Shown piece by piece: positions 22,877 through 34,973 of a stretch of DNA of 64,000 nt. A model generated the notes under the pieces. That model ran no database searches, was not told the origin of the DNA, and was given only the letters and a program-made list of their open reading frames with translations. The DNA comes from Naegleria gruberi (taxonomy: Eukaryota), in the NCBI GenBank assembly GCA_000004985.1, contig GG738848.1; one strand, 5' to 3'. A program made the position numbers and the translations under genes. Positions within the stretch are counted from its first letter, which is position 1. Each line of letters opens with the position of its first letter.

Positions 22877-24012
22877 TTTTTGTATTAGATTTTTGAAAAT
22901 TTAAAAATAATAATTTTATTTAAAATATTGATTGTGCGATGAAGAAAAAGCGCCTTTGTAGTCAAATCTGCTTCGGGATTTTTAATTCGGCCATTTTACT
23001 TCTGCTGAAACAATCAATTAAATTATTATTGGCAAAGAGGTATGTTGTCAGAGATTGTGGTGAGTGGGGGGTTATCATTGATTGAATTTATTGCAATTTT
23101 AAACTATTATTACATGCATAATTGATGTATTGATGATGATGAATTGGTTTGAAGAGAGAATCTATTGGCGAGAAGATAGTTCAACAATTCATGCATCATC
23201 GGTATAAAACTGTAAAGAAGATGTTTTTTCTCTCGGGCAATGGTGTTTCAGGACCATGGTCTGATTTTCATTCCAACAATTTTGTAAACATCCAACCAGA
23301 CTATGACTTTTATTACCCAATGGGGTTGATTGTTAAGGTTTTTCAGTAATCATGTACTGTATTCACACTTTTTGTAATCTTGGTGTGAGCAACAAGGTCT
23401 TTGAAAATGCACTTTAGATTTTTAGGAGTTTGAAAACTGTGAATTCATTGAACATCAAACAATACTCCAAGTCGAACCAATTTCTCCATTTGACAATAGT
23501 GTATTGTTTTCTTCATCATGAACTACAACTGAATCTCAACGATTCGATTCAACAAACGTATCCTTAGATAACGAAGAATTTCATTCAATACAAGTTTTGT
23601 TTCATAAGAGGAACATTACATCTTTTGGAGTTAACACATTGAGTAAATTATTATTGTGTTAGGCTACACACTAAATTGTGAATTTATCTATTAAAGCATA
23701 CTTCTTTTTCCAACATGCACCCAATTCTCAGCACATTTGTAACACGGGAATGGAAAATAAATGCAAAACCTATCTCGCACTCAATTACAGTGAGGCTTGT
23801 AGTTAACGGCTAATTCCCTCCAAAATTTTTATGATTAGAAGGTTCCCACTTCGCAATCCAGGTGAATTTACCAAAACAGCAAAGATTTAAAATTACACGA
23901 ACGAAAAAAACAACTCGACAACAATTTTGTGTGTTATTGTAGAACATCACAATTATCTTTGAATATCAAATATACAATCACTCTCTCCCCCATTTCCCTG
24001 TACCCTAGAAAA

Positions 24013-25610
24013 ATGTTCGGATATGATCAAAAGTTTCTCGATTACTCTGTCCTTGAAACCTTCAACAAATTAGATCAACACGGTAAAATTATGGCTGAAT
24101 ACGTGTGGATTGGAGCAGTTGATCCTATGGGTGACGTAAGGTATGTTTATTCATTCTACAATCATGATGATTAATTCTTCTTCTTCTTTCCTCCTACTGC
24201 TTGTTCATAACGACTGTTGGCTTTGTATTTTGGTCAAACTTACATATCGGGGTGTTATTCCTAATTCGCTCTTCATGGAAATTTCGCGTTTTTTCCGTAC
24301 CTACTATTTTTTGGCTGGTGCAACTTGTCGTAATTATCATGCCCTGACCTTGTTTCTTCCTGTGATGAAATAATCATTTATTGAATACTACTCCTCACCA
24401 TACTATGAACTGCTTTTTACTCAACGAACCAATGATCATTACACTCCTAATGATGAATAATTATCTTTCAATGTGTTTTGTTTATTCCGCACTGACAGAT
24501 CCAAAACGAGGACATTAGACTTTATTCCAACCAAGCCAGAACAATTGCCAGAGTGGAACTATGATGGTTCAAGTACTAACCAAGCTTCAGGCCACGACAG
24601 TGAAGTCATCATTAAACCAAGAGCTATCTTTAAGGATCCGTTCAGAGGTGGTGACAATATTCTCGTAATGTGTGACACCTATAGACCAAACGGTGAACCT
24701 CTTGCAACCAATACTCGTGCTCCTGCTGTTGAAATTTTCAACAAGGACCTTTCTGCCAAGCCATGGTACGGTTTTGAACAAGAATATACTCTCTACAGTT
24801 GTGATATGCATCCATTAGGTAAGTAATTTATCATCATTAACTGTTAATAATCAATTCCGTTAAATCATTGAAAATTGATAATTATTCAACAATTTATTAC
24901 ACATCAAATTGTTTCTATTAACCTAAACTCCGATAATTTCCACTCGTCGTTTTATTTAATTTTTATGATTTAAAACAGGTTGGCCAAAGGGAGGTTATCC
25001 TGGTCCACAAGGTCCATACTACTGTGGTGCTGGTGCTGAAAAGGCATTTGGTAGAGCCATTGTTGAAGCCCACTACAAGTGTTGCCTCTATGCAGGTGTA
25101 AATATTTCTGGTATCAATGCTGAAGTAATGCCAGGTCAATGGGAATTCCAAGTTGGTCCTTGTGAAGGTATTTCGGGTGGTGACCATTTGTGGATGGCAA
25201 GATACATTTTGTCTAGATTAACTGAATATTTCCGTGTCATTGTCTCATTCCATCCAAAGCCAATGCAAAACTGGAACGGTGCTGGTATGCATACCAATTA
25301 TTCAACTGAAGTCATGAGAAATGAAGGAGGATATGAAGCTATTTTGGATGCTATCAAGAAATTGGAAGCTAAACATAAGGAACACGTTGAACATTATGGA
25401 GCTGATAACCATTTGAGATTAACAGGAAAATTTGAAACATCCTCCATGGAAAGATTTTCATATGGTGTTGCTGATAGAGGAGCCTCTGTTAGAATTCCTA
25501 GATCAACTGAAGCTGAAAAGAAGGGCTATTTTGAAGATAGAAGACCTGCTTCTAACGCTGACCCATACCTTGTTTCTTCGCTCATCTTTAAGACAACTTG
25601 CCTCGAATAA
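24013..25610 (+). CDS. Glutamine synthetase type II (eukaryotic). Exons 24013..24140, 24499..24818 and 24979..25610
   Basis: Exon 1 (AEYVWIG...GDV) ends at AG|GTATGT in phase 2. Exon 2 reads RSKTRTLDF...[11 protein letters not shown]...[10 protein letters not shown] and ends G|GTAAGT in phase 1. Exon 3 reads [16 protein letters not shown]...[14 protein letters not shown]...[16 protein letters not shown]. The total of 359 aa is typical for GS-II. Confidence 0.9.
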
Positions 25611-26002
25611 TTATAATAGTAATTTCGGATTAGTTTTTATAATATAGTATTCAACAATTTCATTTCAATTTTCTGTATATACAACCTCATTGTATAACAC
25701 AACATTACCCATTGTGTGGGGAGCATATCGAACGATTCGATATCAAGAACTCTTGTGTCAATAAAAAATATTTAATTAATAATGAATTGCTCTCTCTCGC
25801 TCGCTCAAATGCTCAAGAAGTAACATCCTCGCACTTTCTCACTCGAAAATTTCAATTGAATCAAATTATTCTTATTATTGAATTATTCCAAAATATTTGT
25901 TTGAATCAATTTCATAGTATTTGTTTGTTTGGTCAAGACTTTATGTTCTCGCAAAAAGTAGAACTCCATCAATTTACTTCTTTAAAACTTTTGTTAAAAA
26001 AA

Positions 26003-28093
26003 ATGCCAAGAACAAACCCAGGTGCTCAAAAAAAGAGATCCAACTCTGCCATTGACTTGACCGAAGAAGATGAAGTTGTCCAAATCTCAGACGAAGAGGA
26101 AGAAGTTATAAAAAAGAGGAATGAAAGGCTACTTCAAAAACAAAGGGAAGCCATGATTAGATACGAACGAGCACAATCAGAGACTAGTTTCAATGAGGAA
26201 TTTACTCAGATAGCCTCTGAATTGTACACTCTCACAAAACACAATGAAAGTATGGAAACTCTCATCACACAAATTGATAGATTAAATATTAAAGATCCCA
26301 TGGAAGAAACGGAAAAATCAAAGATTGATTTATTGGCAGAGCAAATCATTAAACAGAGTGATGATATTGTTAGTTTTAATGTTTCCGGACAAGTATTTAC
26401 CACAACAAAAGGAACCATAAGAAGAGAGAAGGAATCATTCTTGACAGTCTTGATTGATGAAAATTCACATCTTCCATTCGACACGGATGAGTCTGGTGCT
26501 TTTATTATTGAAAGAAGTGCCTTGTTGTTTTCCTATATTTTGAAATATTTGCAAAATTTGGATGAATTTACAGGTGAATTTGATATTGATATTTTACCAA
26601 AGGAAAAGACTGTGTTGAATGCATTGTTAGAAGAGGCTAAATTCTTCAGTCTTTCCAATTTGATAGAAGTTCTAGATAAGAACAACTCTGCTCAAATGTT
26701 GGAGGGTAGATCAGCTGCTAGACTTGTGGATGTTTGGAATTATGGAAATATTGTACGTGATGCTGTTGTGAGTGATGAATATTTGGATCAAATCAAGGAA
26801 AGAGTTCAAAGGCGTAAGGAGCAATTGAATCAACAACGAGAAATGATCAAGAATTTGGTAGAAAATCAACAGAAAAAACAAGTTGAAACCAGAAGAAATG
26901 AATTAGAATCAAAATTAGCTCAAATCAGACAAGATTTAGGAAAAGTTGATTCCTTGACAGTTTTCTTTTCAATTAGTGGAACAATATTTGAAATGGATAT
27001 CTTTCAAGTTTTCAAATTCAAAGAGTCCTTGCTTTGTAAGATTGTTCAAAAATATAACATACCAATTCAAGAAACAAAATCTCGTCCAATTTTCATTGAT
27101 AGAGAACCTGAACAATTCACACACATCAAATATTTTATTGAGAATGAGTGTCTTTCAGAGGATTTATTGTATGGTCGTTCTTATAACAAGAAGGCCCTTC
27201 TCAAGGAGGCTGCTTTTTATAACATTACAGATTTGGTGAAATATTTAGATCCAGTTTACAGATTCCCAATTGAAGAGCTTGGATCACATAACGTCGTCAT
27301 GAAAAGAGAGGAAGACCTACTGAGATCATACTTTGCTACAAATAGAGATCATCCATTGCTGAGCGATCCTTATTTACATTTAATTAATGTATTCGACAAT
27401 TTGGATACTTTCAAAAAACAGCCATTCCCTGATCGTGGAAACATTTTATTCAAACAGTATTCTGATCATTTATTTGTTGAATCCAGAGAGGAGTTTGAAT
27501 TTAACTTTAATTGTTTTACGAAAGGAATTTTTAATGGTATGTAATATTGATAATACTTTAAAAATTAATAGAAATGTTAAGGCATGGATTGGAATGGAGT
27601 TATTATGGCAGGCGGTAGTGTGCTAGCTTGTTTATCATCTGTTCCTGCTGAATCATTTAGAACAACTCAGAAACCAACTTTTTACCTTGATAACCGAAAA
27701 AAGAAGACTCAACTCGAGGATTTAATCCCCAACAATCTTATTGAACCAACTGCAGAAAAGGAAGCAAACTTGCCACATTCTGCTTATTACAAGGCAAGTG
27801 ATATCAAGATGGATTTATTGGGAAAGTCATATTTTTACAATAGAGCAGACACTCATCCATTTGCTGATTCAGATATCGATATATTCCTTTATGGACTTTC
27901 TGAAGAGGAGGCAGAAAGTAAAATCAGACATATTTACGAAACAATTAAGAAGAATACCAAATCAAATATTGTTGTCATGAGGTCATCCATGACAATCACG
28001 ATGCAAGTATGTGATTTTAGACCCGTACAAATTATTTTGAGATTGTACAAGAGCCCTTCTGAGGTATTGATTGGATTTGACGTTGATTGTTGT
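26003..28093 (+). CDS. Tandem BTB/POZ (KCTD/T1-type) domain protein. Exons 26003..27536 and 27582..28093. Further 3' exons unresolved
   Basis: Two T1/BTB-like blocks are present: VSFNVSGQVFTTTKGTI...LKYLQNLDEF and VFFSISGTIFEMDIF...IKYFIENE. A 45-nt GTATGT...TTAAG intron joins in frame to GMDWNGVIMAGGS.... A GTAAGT donor follows DVDCC at 28094. Confidence 0.55.
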
Positions 28094-28337
28094 GTAAGTT
28101 TTCTTAGTATTGCATAATTTTTGTAATATTAGCAAGTGTTTTGCATTTGATGGATCTGAGGTGTTTTGTTTACCTAGAGGTAGAAGGTATGTTTAATTAT
28201 TTGCTTACTATCATCTAAATTTCATTTCAGATCTGTTGTCCATAGTGTGAACTTTGTTGATATTGACAACAATCTACCACCTATGAAAATAGACTTTACA
28301 AATATGCAGGTCGTAAGTATGATAAATCAAATGATAG

Positions 28338-29344
28338 TCCCTTAACAAAATAATAGGTGGATTTAAGGTGTGTGTTGTTGGGATGGACTCTGATAAAATT
28401 GTGAGAGAGGGTTTGCGTCCAGATGATTCATATTTAAACAATTTTCCTAGTTCAAACTTTGATGTAGTAAAGGCAGATTTCACAAACAGTAGAGGTCTTG
28501 CCAGATTGCTGCTTTTGGAGAAGAAGTCCACCTATATTCTTGGGGAAAAAGATCAACGAGTAACGGAGAATACAATTATCAAATTTACCGCTGAGGAGAG
28601 ACAAAAGTTGTTATTTAATAATTGGGATATGGATAGTGATTATCTTGGAGTTCTTATAGCATTCAAGTATAGAGGAGTACCAACATTCTTTTCTGATTTA
28701 TTGGAAATGTTACAATCTGGCTTAACTCAAACCAAATTGATAATGACTGTGGATGAAATTGAAACTATTCTTAATATTCCTGACCAAAAGCTCGCTCAAT
28801 GTGAACTTACCAAGAGAATTGAGTGGATTAAGATTGATCCAGGTATGTTTTATTTTCTAAAATCTTTTCCAAATCTAATATTTCAAAAAAAGGTCGACAA
28901 TTCATTGGATCTTTCAAACCAGTAATTGATAACTTTTTTGAGGATTGTTACTTTACCAATGCAGAACTCGTTAAAAGAAGAAAGGAGGCAAACAAACCAA
29001 TCCGAGTTAAATGGTACACACAATCTGGAAGCTTGTTTCCAATTAGCCGTGAAAAAGAAACTGAAGAGGCATATCAAATCTATCTCAAAGACAAATCAAA
29101 GAATATTTTCACTTACACGTCTCCAAGTAATTCAATAATGTCTAGGTTTTTTACTAACCCAACCATTAATTTTGACACAATGAGATCAGATATTTCTAGA
29201 TTAGTAAGATTTGAAATACCATATGCTTCTCATATTTACCCAAGCACAGAAGCATCAATTGCTGGTATTAGTCCAACACCTATTCTATCTAATAATCTAG
29301 AATTGGGCACAATGAAACCACGTATTATCATTGAGGATCTATAA
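28338..29344 (+). CDS. Hypothetical protein or C-terminal exons, possibly of the upstream BTB gene. Exons ~28338/28357..28842 and 28893..29344
   Basis: ORF 28368..28925 ends at G|GTATGT. A 50-nt intron with an AAAAAAAG acceptor restores the frame into the 29033..29344 ORF (GRQFIGSFKPVIDNFFEDCYF...). No domain recognised. Linkage to 26003..28093 is unresolved. Confidence 0.4.
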
Positions 29345-29678
29345 AAGGTAGAATGTAATGCACTGCGTCTTGCTTGTCTCTTTTCAATCTCTCTACGTTC
29401 AAAATTAAAGCTCTGTCAACAATCTAGATATTCGAATATCTCTTTTAAAAAACCTAAATTGTTACAAAGAGATTAGGCAAGACCTTAAAAGGTTTGGCAA
29501 GATGAAACACACAACTCATATTAAACCACATGCTAACTGCTGGCGTTAATTGCCTACTCATAAAAAACAGTTCAAATTGTGTTGACAGATTTATTCGAAA
29601 CAGATTGAAAATCAAGCATAGACAATCGGGTTCAACCACAGCTAATTAACATTCTTCCGCCACAGCAACTACTAGAAA

Positions 29679-32066
29679 ATGGAAACAATCGGCTTTAAAT
29701 TATTAAACAAACAAAAGAAAAATCACAAACCATCTGTAATAGTTTCGAATACTTCCGAGAGACAAATGCCACACCAAAAGCAAACACTGGATTCATCGTT
29801 TTATTCATCAACAGATTCTTCATGCAATATCATGAATGAATCGGCAACTAACTATGAAGATTATCAGTTTAGTTTCGAAAAATTGTACAGAGAAAAAGAA
29901 ACTAGATTATTAATGAAGGAATACATGGAGATGGGTAAGTAATTAGTTTCTTCATCAACCAACAATTATTTTGAAATCTTCTTGTTTTAAATCTGAACGT
30001 TGTGATTGCGACACATTCATACAAATTTGGTAATCGTCTACTTTGGTGAAAATTGTGGATTTTTTGTTCTGTGGCCATGATTAGAAATGCACTCACCTGA
30101 GAGCTTTAAATTCTTGGACAACATTGAATCCTTAAAGCATTCCTGTCAAAATATTCCATCCTCATCGACACAACAATTGATTGACCAATTTCTTGATCAA
30201 ACTTTCTCAATAATTGAAACATTTATTCTACCTCAATCAGAAATGGAAGTGAATATAGGAAGAAAGGAGAAGGAAGTTGTCATGTTGAAATACAAACAAC
30301 TCCAGAGTCAATGGTCAGAAAGTTCTTCAGCAATTCTTGAACCTGTCAAAATTTGGGAGATTTTTGAAGAAGCAAGAATTGTAATAATGACAGAATTGAA
30401 ACAGGACGTATTTCCAAGATTTATCAGATCTCAAAGGTTTATTAGCTTTATACAGACTCATGATAAGGAGTTCCTTGATAAGATTGGTTTGAATCTTGGT
30501 AGAAGAATTTCAGATACAGTTTCAGTTTCTTCAGACGAATCAAGTGGAAATTCCACTACTCAAAGAAAGAAAGTAACAGTAGATTATAGTGTCAGACCTG
30601 AATTTTATTGGAAAAATTATCAAGCAGATGCTTCAATTCATAACATTACTCAACAAGATGTCAAATTTGTTAACTCATTGACATTAGACAGCAATATTTG
30701 GCAATTATTTAAAGTTGGTGACAAGAAAAAGGGAGAATACTTTGCCAGTTTCGTTTCCAAACAGAAACTCTCAGTTTTCAAACCTGATTCCACAACAGAA
30801 CGACAAGTCAACCCTCAGAAATTATACAAATTCACAGGTGTCATTAATCATTCCTTAGAAGAATTGTTATTCACACTGACAAACCCTGCCTACATGATGG
30901 ATTACGACAATCAACTCAGTGTCGTTGAACAACTTGATTATCTCAATGGATTTGATTATTCTAGCTCAATTTCAGTTCAAGGATCCTCAAGCGCATTTTG
31001 GGAAAATGAAAATTTTGATGATTCGAGTTCTGATGGTGGATTGAGTGTTGATTCACAAAGTAGTACTTCTCCAAAGGTATCTCATTCGGATGATAAGTTT
31101 AGTTCTTCCATTTGCTTGGAAACTTATCCTTTCGGATGGCCAATTTCGAATAGAGATTTTCTTGTAACTCAATCACTTATATACGAAGCTAAAACTCAAC
31201 GATATATTTTGGTAAAAAAGTCAATTTCTCATCCAAATTATCCAAAGAGAAAGGGAACTACTCGTGGATTCATTGTTGGTGGATGGACCATTCAGAGAGT
31301 GACTGAAAATCAAACAAGATTTTGTTTCGTCAGCTTTACTGATATGGATTTAAACGAAAGGGTGTTTAATCAACTTTGTAAAAAGAAGGGAAAACGTTTA
31401 TTTGATGGATTGAATCAAACTCTGGATAGAAATTCTGAAAATGGTTTTCTTAGACCTTTATTCTCATGTGGATTATTGGAAACTTTGGAAGATTTCTTGA
31501 AATTCTACAAATTACCTGAAACTATTCTCAACGAAACTCAAGTCCAAGTATTGAAAAAGCAAAAGAGCGACAAATTCAAGAGTTTCGAAATTGATGGCTC
31601 ACTCGTTCGATTAATCTACGTTTCCAGATATGACGAATCCAAACTTTCTTCCAAAGATTTCGACCAAATCAATCAAGTTTCCAATAGAAACAACCAACCA
31701 CTGAACTTGAGTGGTATCCTTCTCAGTGGTCAAGGCGTTTTCTATCAAGTCCTCGAAGGAGATCCAAAATTCATTTATCCAACCTATGAAAGAATCAAAA
31801 AAGATTCGAGACATTTCGATGTTTGGTGTGTGAGTGAGGAAAGTGGAGTTAAGGAATGTGAAAGACAGTTTTCTAATTGGGCCATGAAATGTGTTGATTT
31901 GGTGAATAGTGATCATTATTTGGCTCAGTTTATGAGAAATATAATCGAAACCTTGTCGAAACTTTCAAAAGCTTCAAGAGATTCGACTAATTGGGATGAA
32001 GAAAATCATGCACTTGATGTGCTCTATCAAGCTTCCAAACAATTGAATGATTCCAGTAAGAATTAA
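29679..32066 (+). CDS. RGS domain, START/Bet v1-like region and C-terminal BLUF (blue-light FAD sensor) domain protein. Exons 29679..29934 and 30085..32066
   Basis: The RGS end motif is IWEIFEEARIVIMTELKQDVFPRFIRSQRFISFI. The C-terminal BLUF domain reads LVRLIYVSRYD...DFDQINQVSNRNNQPLNLSGILLSGQGVFYQVLEGDPKFIYPTYERIKKDSRHFDVWCV...FSNWAMK. The conserved Tyr, Asn, Gln, RH and Trp/Met all align with AppA/BlrB BLUF. The upstream 85-codon exon joins via GTAAGT...TTAG in frame. Confidence 0.8.
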
Positions 32067-32138
32067 CATTCTAATAACAAAAATCTAATAAATTTCAATA
32101 ATTTACAAAAATATTTATTTCACAATTTTTCAAATAAT

Positions 32139-34097
32139 TTAAGGAAGTGAACGAATCAATTCTTCTCTATTTACATTATATTGAGGGAATTCCTTATTTT
32201 CCTCTCTGACGAATTGATCAGTAGCAGTTGAACTTGCATACAAATTTGGAGTTGGTTCATTAATTGCACTTTCCATTCTATTCGATTCTTCTTCAATCAA
32301 ATCTGAAACATTTTCAGAAATTCCTTCAACTCTCTCAACAAATTCCAACTTTAATTCCTCACCCAAACTAGACAATGGTCCAGCACCTATCATCAAGTGT
32401 GCAAATTCTCCCAAACCAACCTTTTCTTTCATTTGATATTCTTCTGGCAATTTAACTAAATATTTCGAAAGTAAATGAACAATGAAAACTTTCTGTTCGA
32501 GAATGGAAAATTTGGAACCGAGACAACTTCTAGCTCCCAAACCGAATGGAAGGAAGGAGCATATTGGATGGTGACTTGAAACGTTTTCTTCTTCATGTCT
32601 TTCAGTACTGCTATAATTGGCAAATCTTTCAGGATAGAATTCGTCTGATTTCTCACCCCAAAGTTCAGTATTGTAATGAATGGATTTGATAGAGAGGGCA
32701 ATAGATTGGTCCTTTGAGATCTTTACTCCATCAATAATGTGAGACTTTTTGGAAACTCTATTTAACACGCCAACTGGAGGTGAAATTCTCAAATTTTCAT
32801 TAATGACACAATCTAAATATGGAAGTTTGTGAAGAGTTGCCAAATCATCTAATTGTTGAATGATAAATTCACAATATTTTCCTTCTCTAATCTTGAATCG
32901 ATCTGGATAGGCCTCTTTCAATTCCTTATATAGAGTGTCTTGAACTCTTTCATTCAATGCCAAATTAAGTAAAAGGAATGAAAGTGCATCTGCTGTGGTA
33001 GCATGTCCAGCAAGGAATAAAAGTAAAGTATTGTCTTTCAAGTTCTTGTCAGAGATTTTCAATGGTTCAACTTGTTCTTCTTCCTCTTCGTGAGCTGGCT
33101 CAAAGTTTGATGGGATGGCAGGTTTAGTTTCGCTTGGTTTAGGTTCATGGAATGCTTGGTTAGCTTCAATCATTAAATCCATGGCACTTTCCATGCTAGG
33201 ATGGACTACATCAATGACTCTTCTATCAACATGTTCGATTCTCTTCTTTTCAATGATGGAAGAAACAAATTCGTGCATAATTCGAATAGATTTTTCCATT
33301 CTGTGATTGTCAATAATTGGCAAGCTGGAATAAAGTTTACCACCGAGCATTCTTTCCCAACTATTGATATTCTTAAATACGAATCTGAATGCTTGAAGAA
33401 CTTTCTCATTTTGGGACGAATCTTGTGATTGACTTGTATCTGAAAGACGGAAATTTGGATCAAGATAATTAAAATCACAATCAAGAGCTGATTCACCAAT
33501 TACATCGAGTGCCATTCTACTGATAACATCTTTAATCTTGAGAGGAAACTTATTCTCAGATTGACCTTCTTTCGAATACTGTTGCAAATTAGAAACACAA
33601 TAATTGACCTTTTCTGAAAAGATATTCCAATACTTGTCTACATGTTGGAATGGAGGATTCAAAACACTTCTATTCACTTTCCATTCAGTGCCATTCATGA
33701 AAACTAAACTCTTTCCAATAAATTCTTCTTGCTGTGGAGTCCTTAATTTGCCATCCTTTGGAAAATCTTTCCAATTATCAATGAGAATGGATTTGGCAGC
33801 ATGTGCACTCGAGAATACAACAATTGGCATGTATCCTCTATAGAAAAAGACGAAAGGTTCATTATTAAACTTGTTTCTACTCAATTCGAATAGTTTTTCA
33901 CCAAGTGGTTTCTTACTCTCATAGAAAATTAATTTGATAGATTGCCAGATGGATAAATGATTCTTGAGTGCTTTTCTCGTTCTTACATCTCTAACGTAGG
34001 CATAGCAAATAGCTTCATAGAATTTTACTAAAAATAGTACTGCTATTGGGAAGACCACAAACACATTAAATACTGTTGACCAATTGATAATCATCAT
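32139..34097 (-). CDS. Cytochrome P450 monooxygenase (652 aa, single exon)
   Basis: Heme-binding signature PFGLGARSCLG. ExxR motif ENLR. PERF-like FYPERF. N-terminal membrane anchor. Confidence 0.85.
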   Translation of the reverse strand: MMIINWSTVFNVFVVFPIAVLFLVKFYEAICYAYVRDVRTRKALKNHLSIWQSIKLIFYESKKPLGEKLFELSRNKFNNEPFVFFYRGYMPIVVFSSAHAAKSILIDNWKDFPKDGKLRTPQQEEFIGKSLVFMNGTEWKVNRSVLNPPFQHVDKYWNIFSEKVNYCVSNLQQYSKEGQSENKFPLKIKDVISRMALDVIGESALDCDFNYLDPNFRLSDTSQSQDSSQNEKVLQAFRFVFKNINSWERMLGGKLYSSLPIIDNHRMEKSIRIMHEFVSSIIEKKRIEHVDRRVIDVVHPSMESAMDLMIEANQAFHEPKPSETKPAIPSNFEPAHEEEEEQVEPLKISDKNLKDNTLLLFLAGHATTADALSFLLLNLALNERVQDTLYKELKEAYPDRFKIREGKYCEFIIQQLDDLATLHKLPYLDCVINENLRISPPVGVLNRVSKKSHIIDGVKISKDQSIALSIKSIHYNTELWGEKSDEFYPERFANYSSTERHEEENVSSHHPICSFLPFGLGARSCLGSKFSILEQKVFIVHLLSKYLVKLPEEYQMKEKVGLGEFAHLMIGAGPLSSLGEELKLEFVERVEGISENVSDLIEEESNRMESAINEPTPNLYASSTATDQFVREENKEFPQYNVNREELIRSLP

Positions 34098-34243
34098 TCC
34101 CTTTGCTTTTTTTATGTGGAAATTTTTAGAAATCCATCAATAAAACTTTTTCATTTAAACACATCATGTTTCAAATTTGGAAAATATTCAAAAATGGAAA
34201 TTATAAAAATAGGTAAATTGGTTCTAGTAATTTTCCAAATATT

Positions 34244-34855
34244 TTAATATTTCAAAAATACTCCGAAAGGGAACGCTAATAGGGATAATAATGCAACATG
34301 TCTTTTAGCATTATCCCTTCCAATCACACTCAAATATAAAATTACAATACAAATCAACTCTATCGATGCAATAAACCATCCAAACATGCAAAACCAAACA
34401 AAATTACTCAAAATCATTAATAAACTCGTCTTTTCTCTCATAAACATTTGATCTTTGATAAATCCAATCGATCGTTCCTCAATTGACTTGTATTTTCTGT
34501 AGGGTTTCGATTTCTTTACGTTGAATAGAAGAAACTTGGCAATTTTCATCAATTGTAACGAACAAGGTAAACAAATCAATAGACAAGATAATATCCAACA
34601 CACAGAACACAAACCAAAAAAGATGAATGTAATAAATCCTAATCCTAAACTCAACCATCGACAATCCACTTGTGCATCTTGTTTTTGATGTTCTTCTTGT
34701 TGTTGTTGTTCTTTTTCTGACGATGGTTGAGGATCTTTTGTGTGATATTCAATGGTGGTGGACATTTCCTGCAATTCAATCTTGTCTTCATCAACATCCA
34801 TCTCCGAAGAAGAGGCATGTTGATCAACGTGAGCTGTATCTGATGATGCGGCCAT
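34244..34855 (-). CDS. Small multi-pass membrane protein (203 aa), function unknown
   Basis: Acidic Gln/Glu-rich N-terminus followed by 3-4 hydrophobic helices. ORF only. Confidence 0.4.
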   Translation of the reverse strand: MAASSDTAHVDQHASSSEMDVDEDKIELQEMSTTIEYHTKDPQPSSEKEQQQQEEHQKQDAQVDCRWLSLGLGFITFIFFGLCSVCWILSCLLICLPCSLQLMKIAKFLLFNVKKSKPYRKYKSIEERSIGFIKDQMFMREKTSLLMILSNFVWFCMFGWFIASIELICIVILYLSVIGRDNAKRHVALLSLLAFPFGVFLKY

Positions 34856-34973
34856 TTTTTTATTCTACTTGTTACAATCATATCCATTATCATCCACAGT
34901 TTCATTGTTCGATTCTAATTGATGTGGGAGGGTTTATGACAATATGTTGGAGACTGTAAAGAGGGAATGTGAA

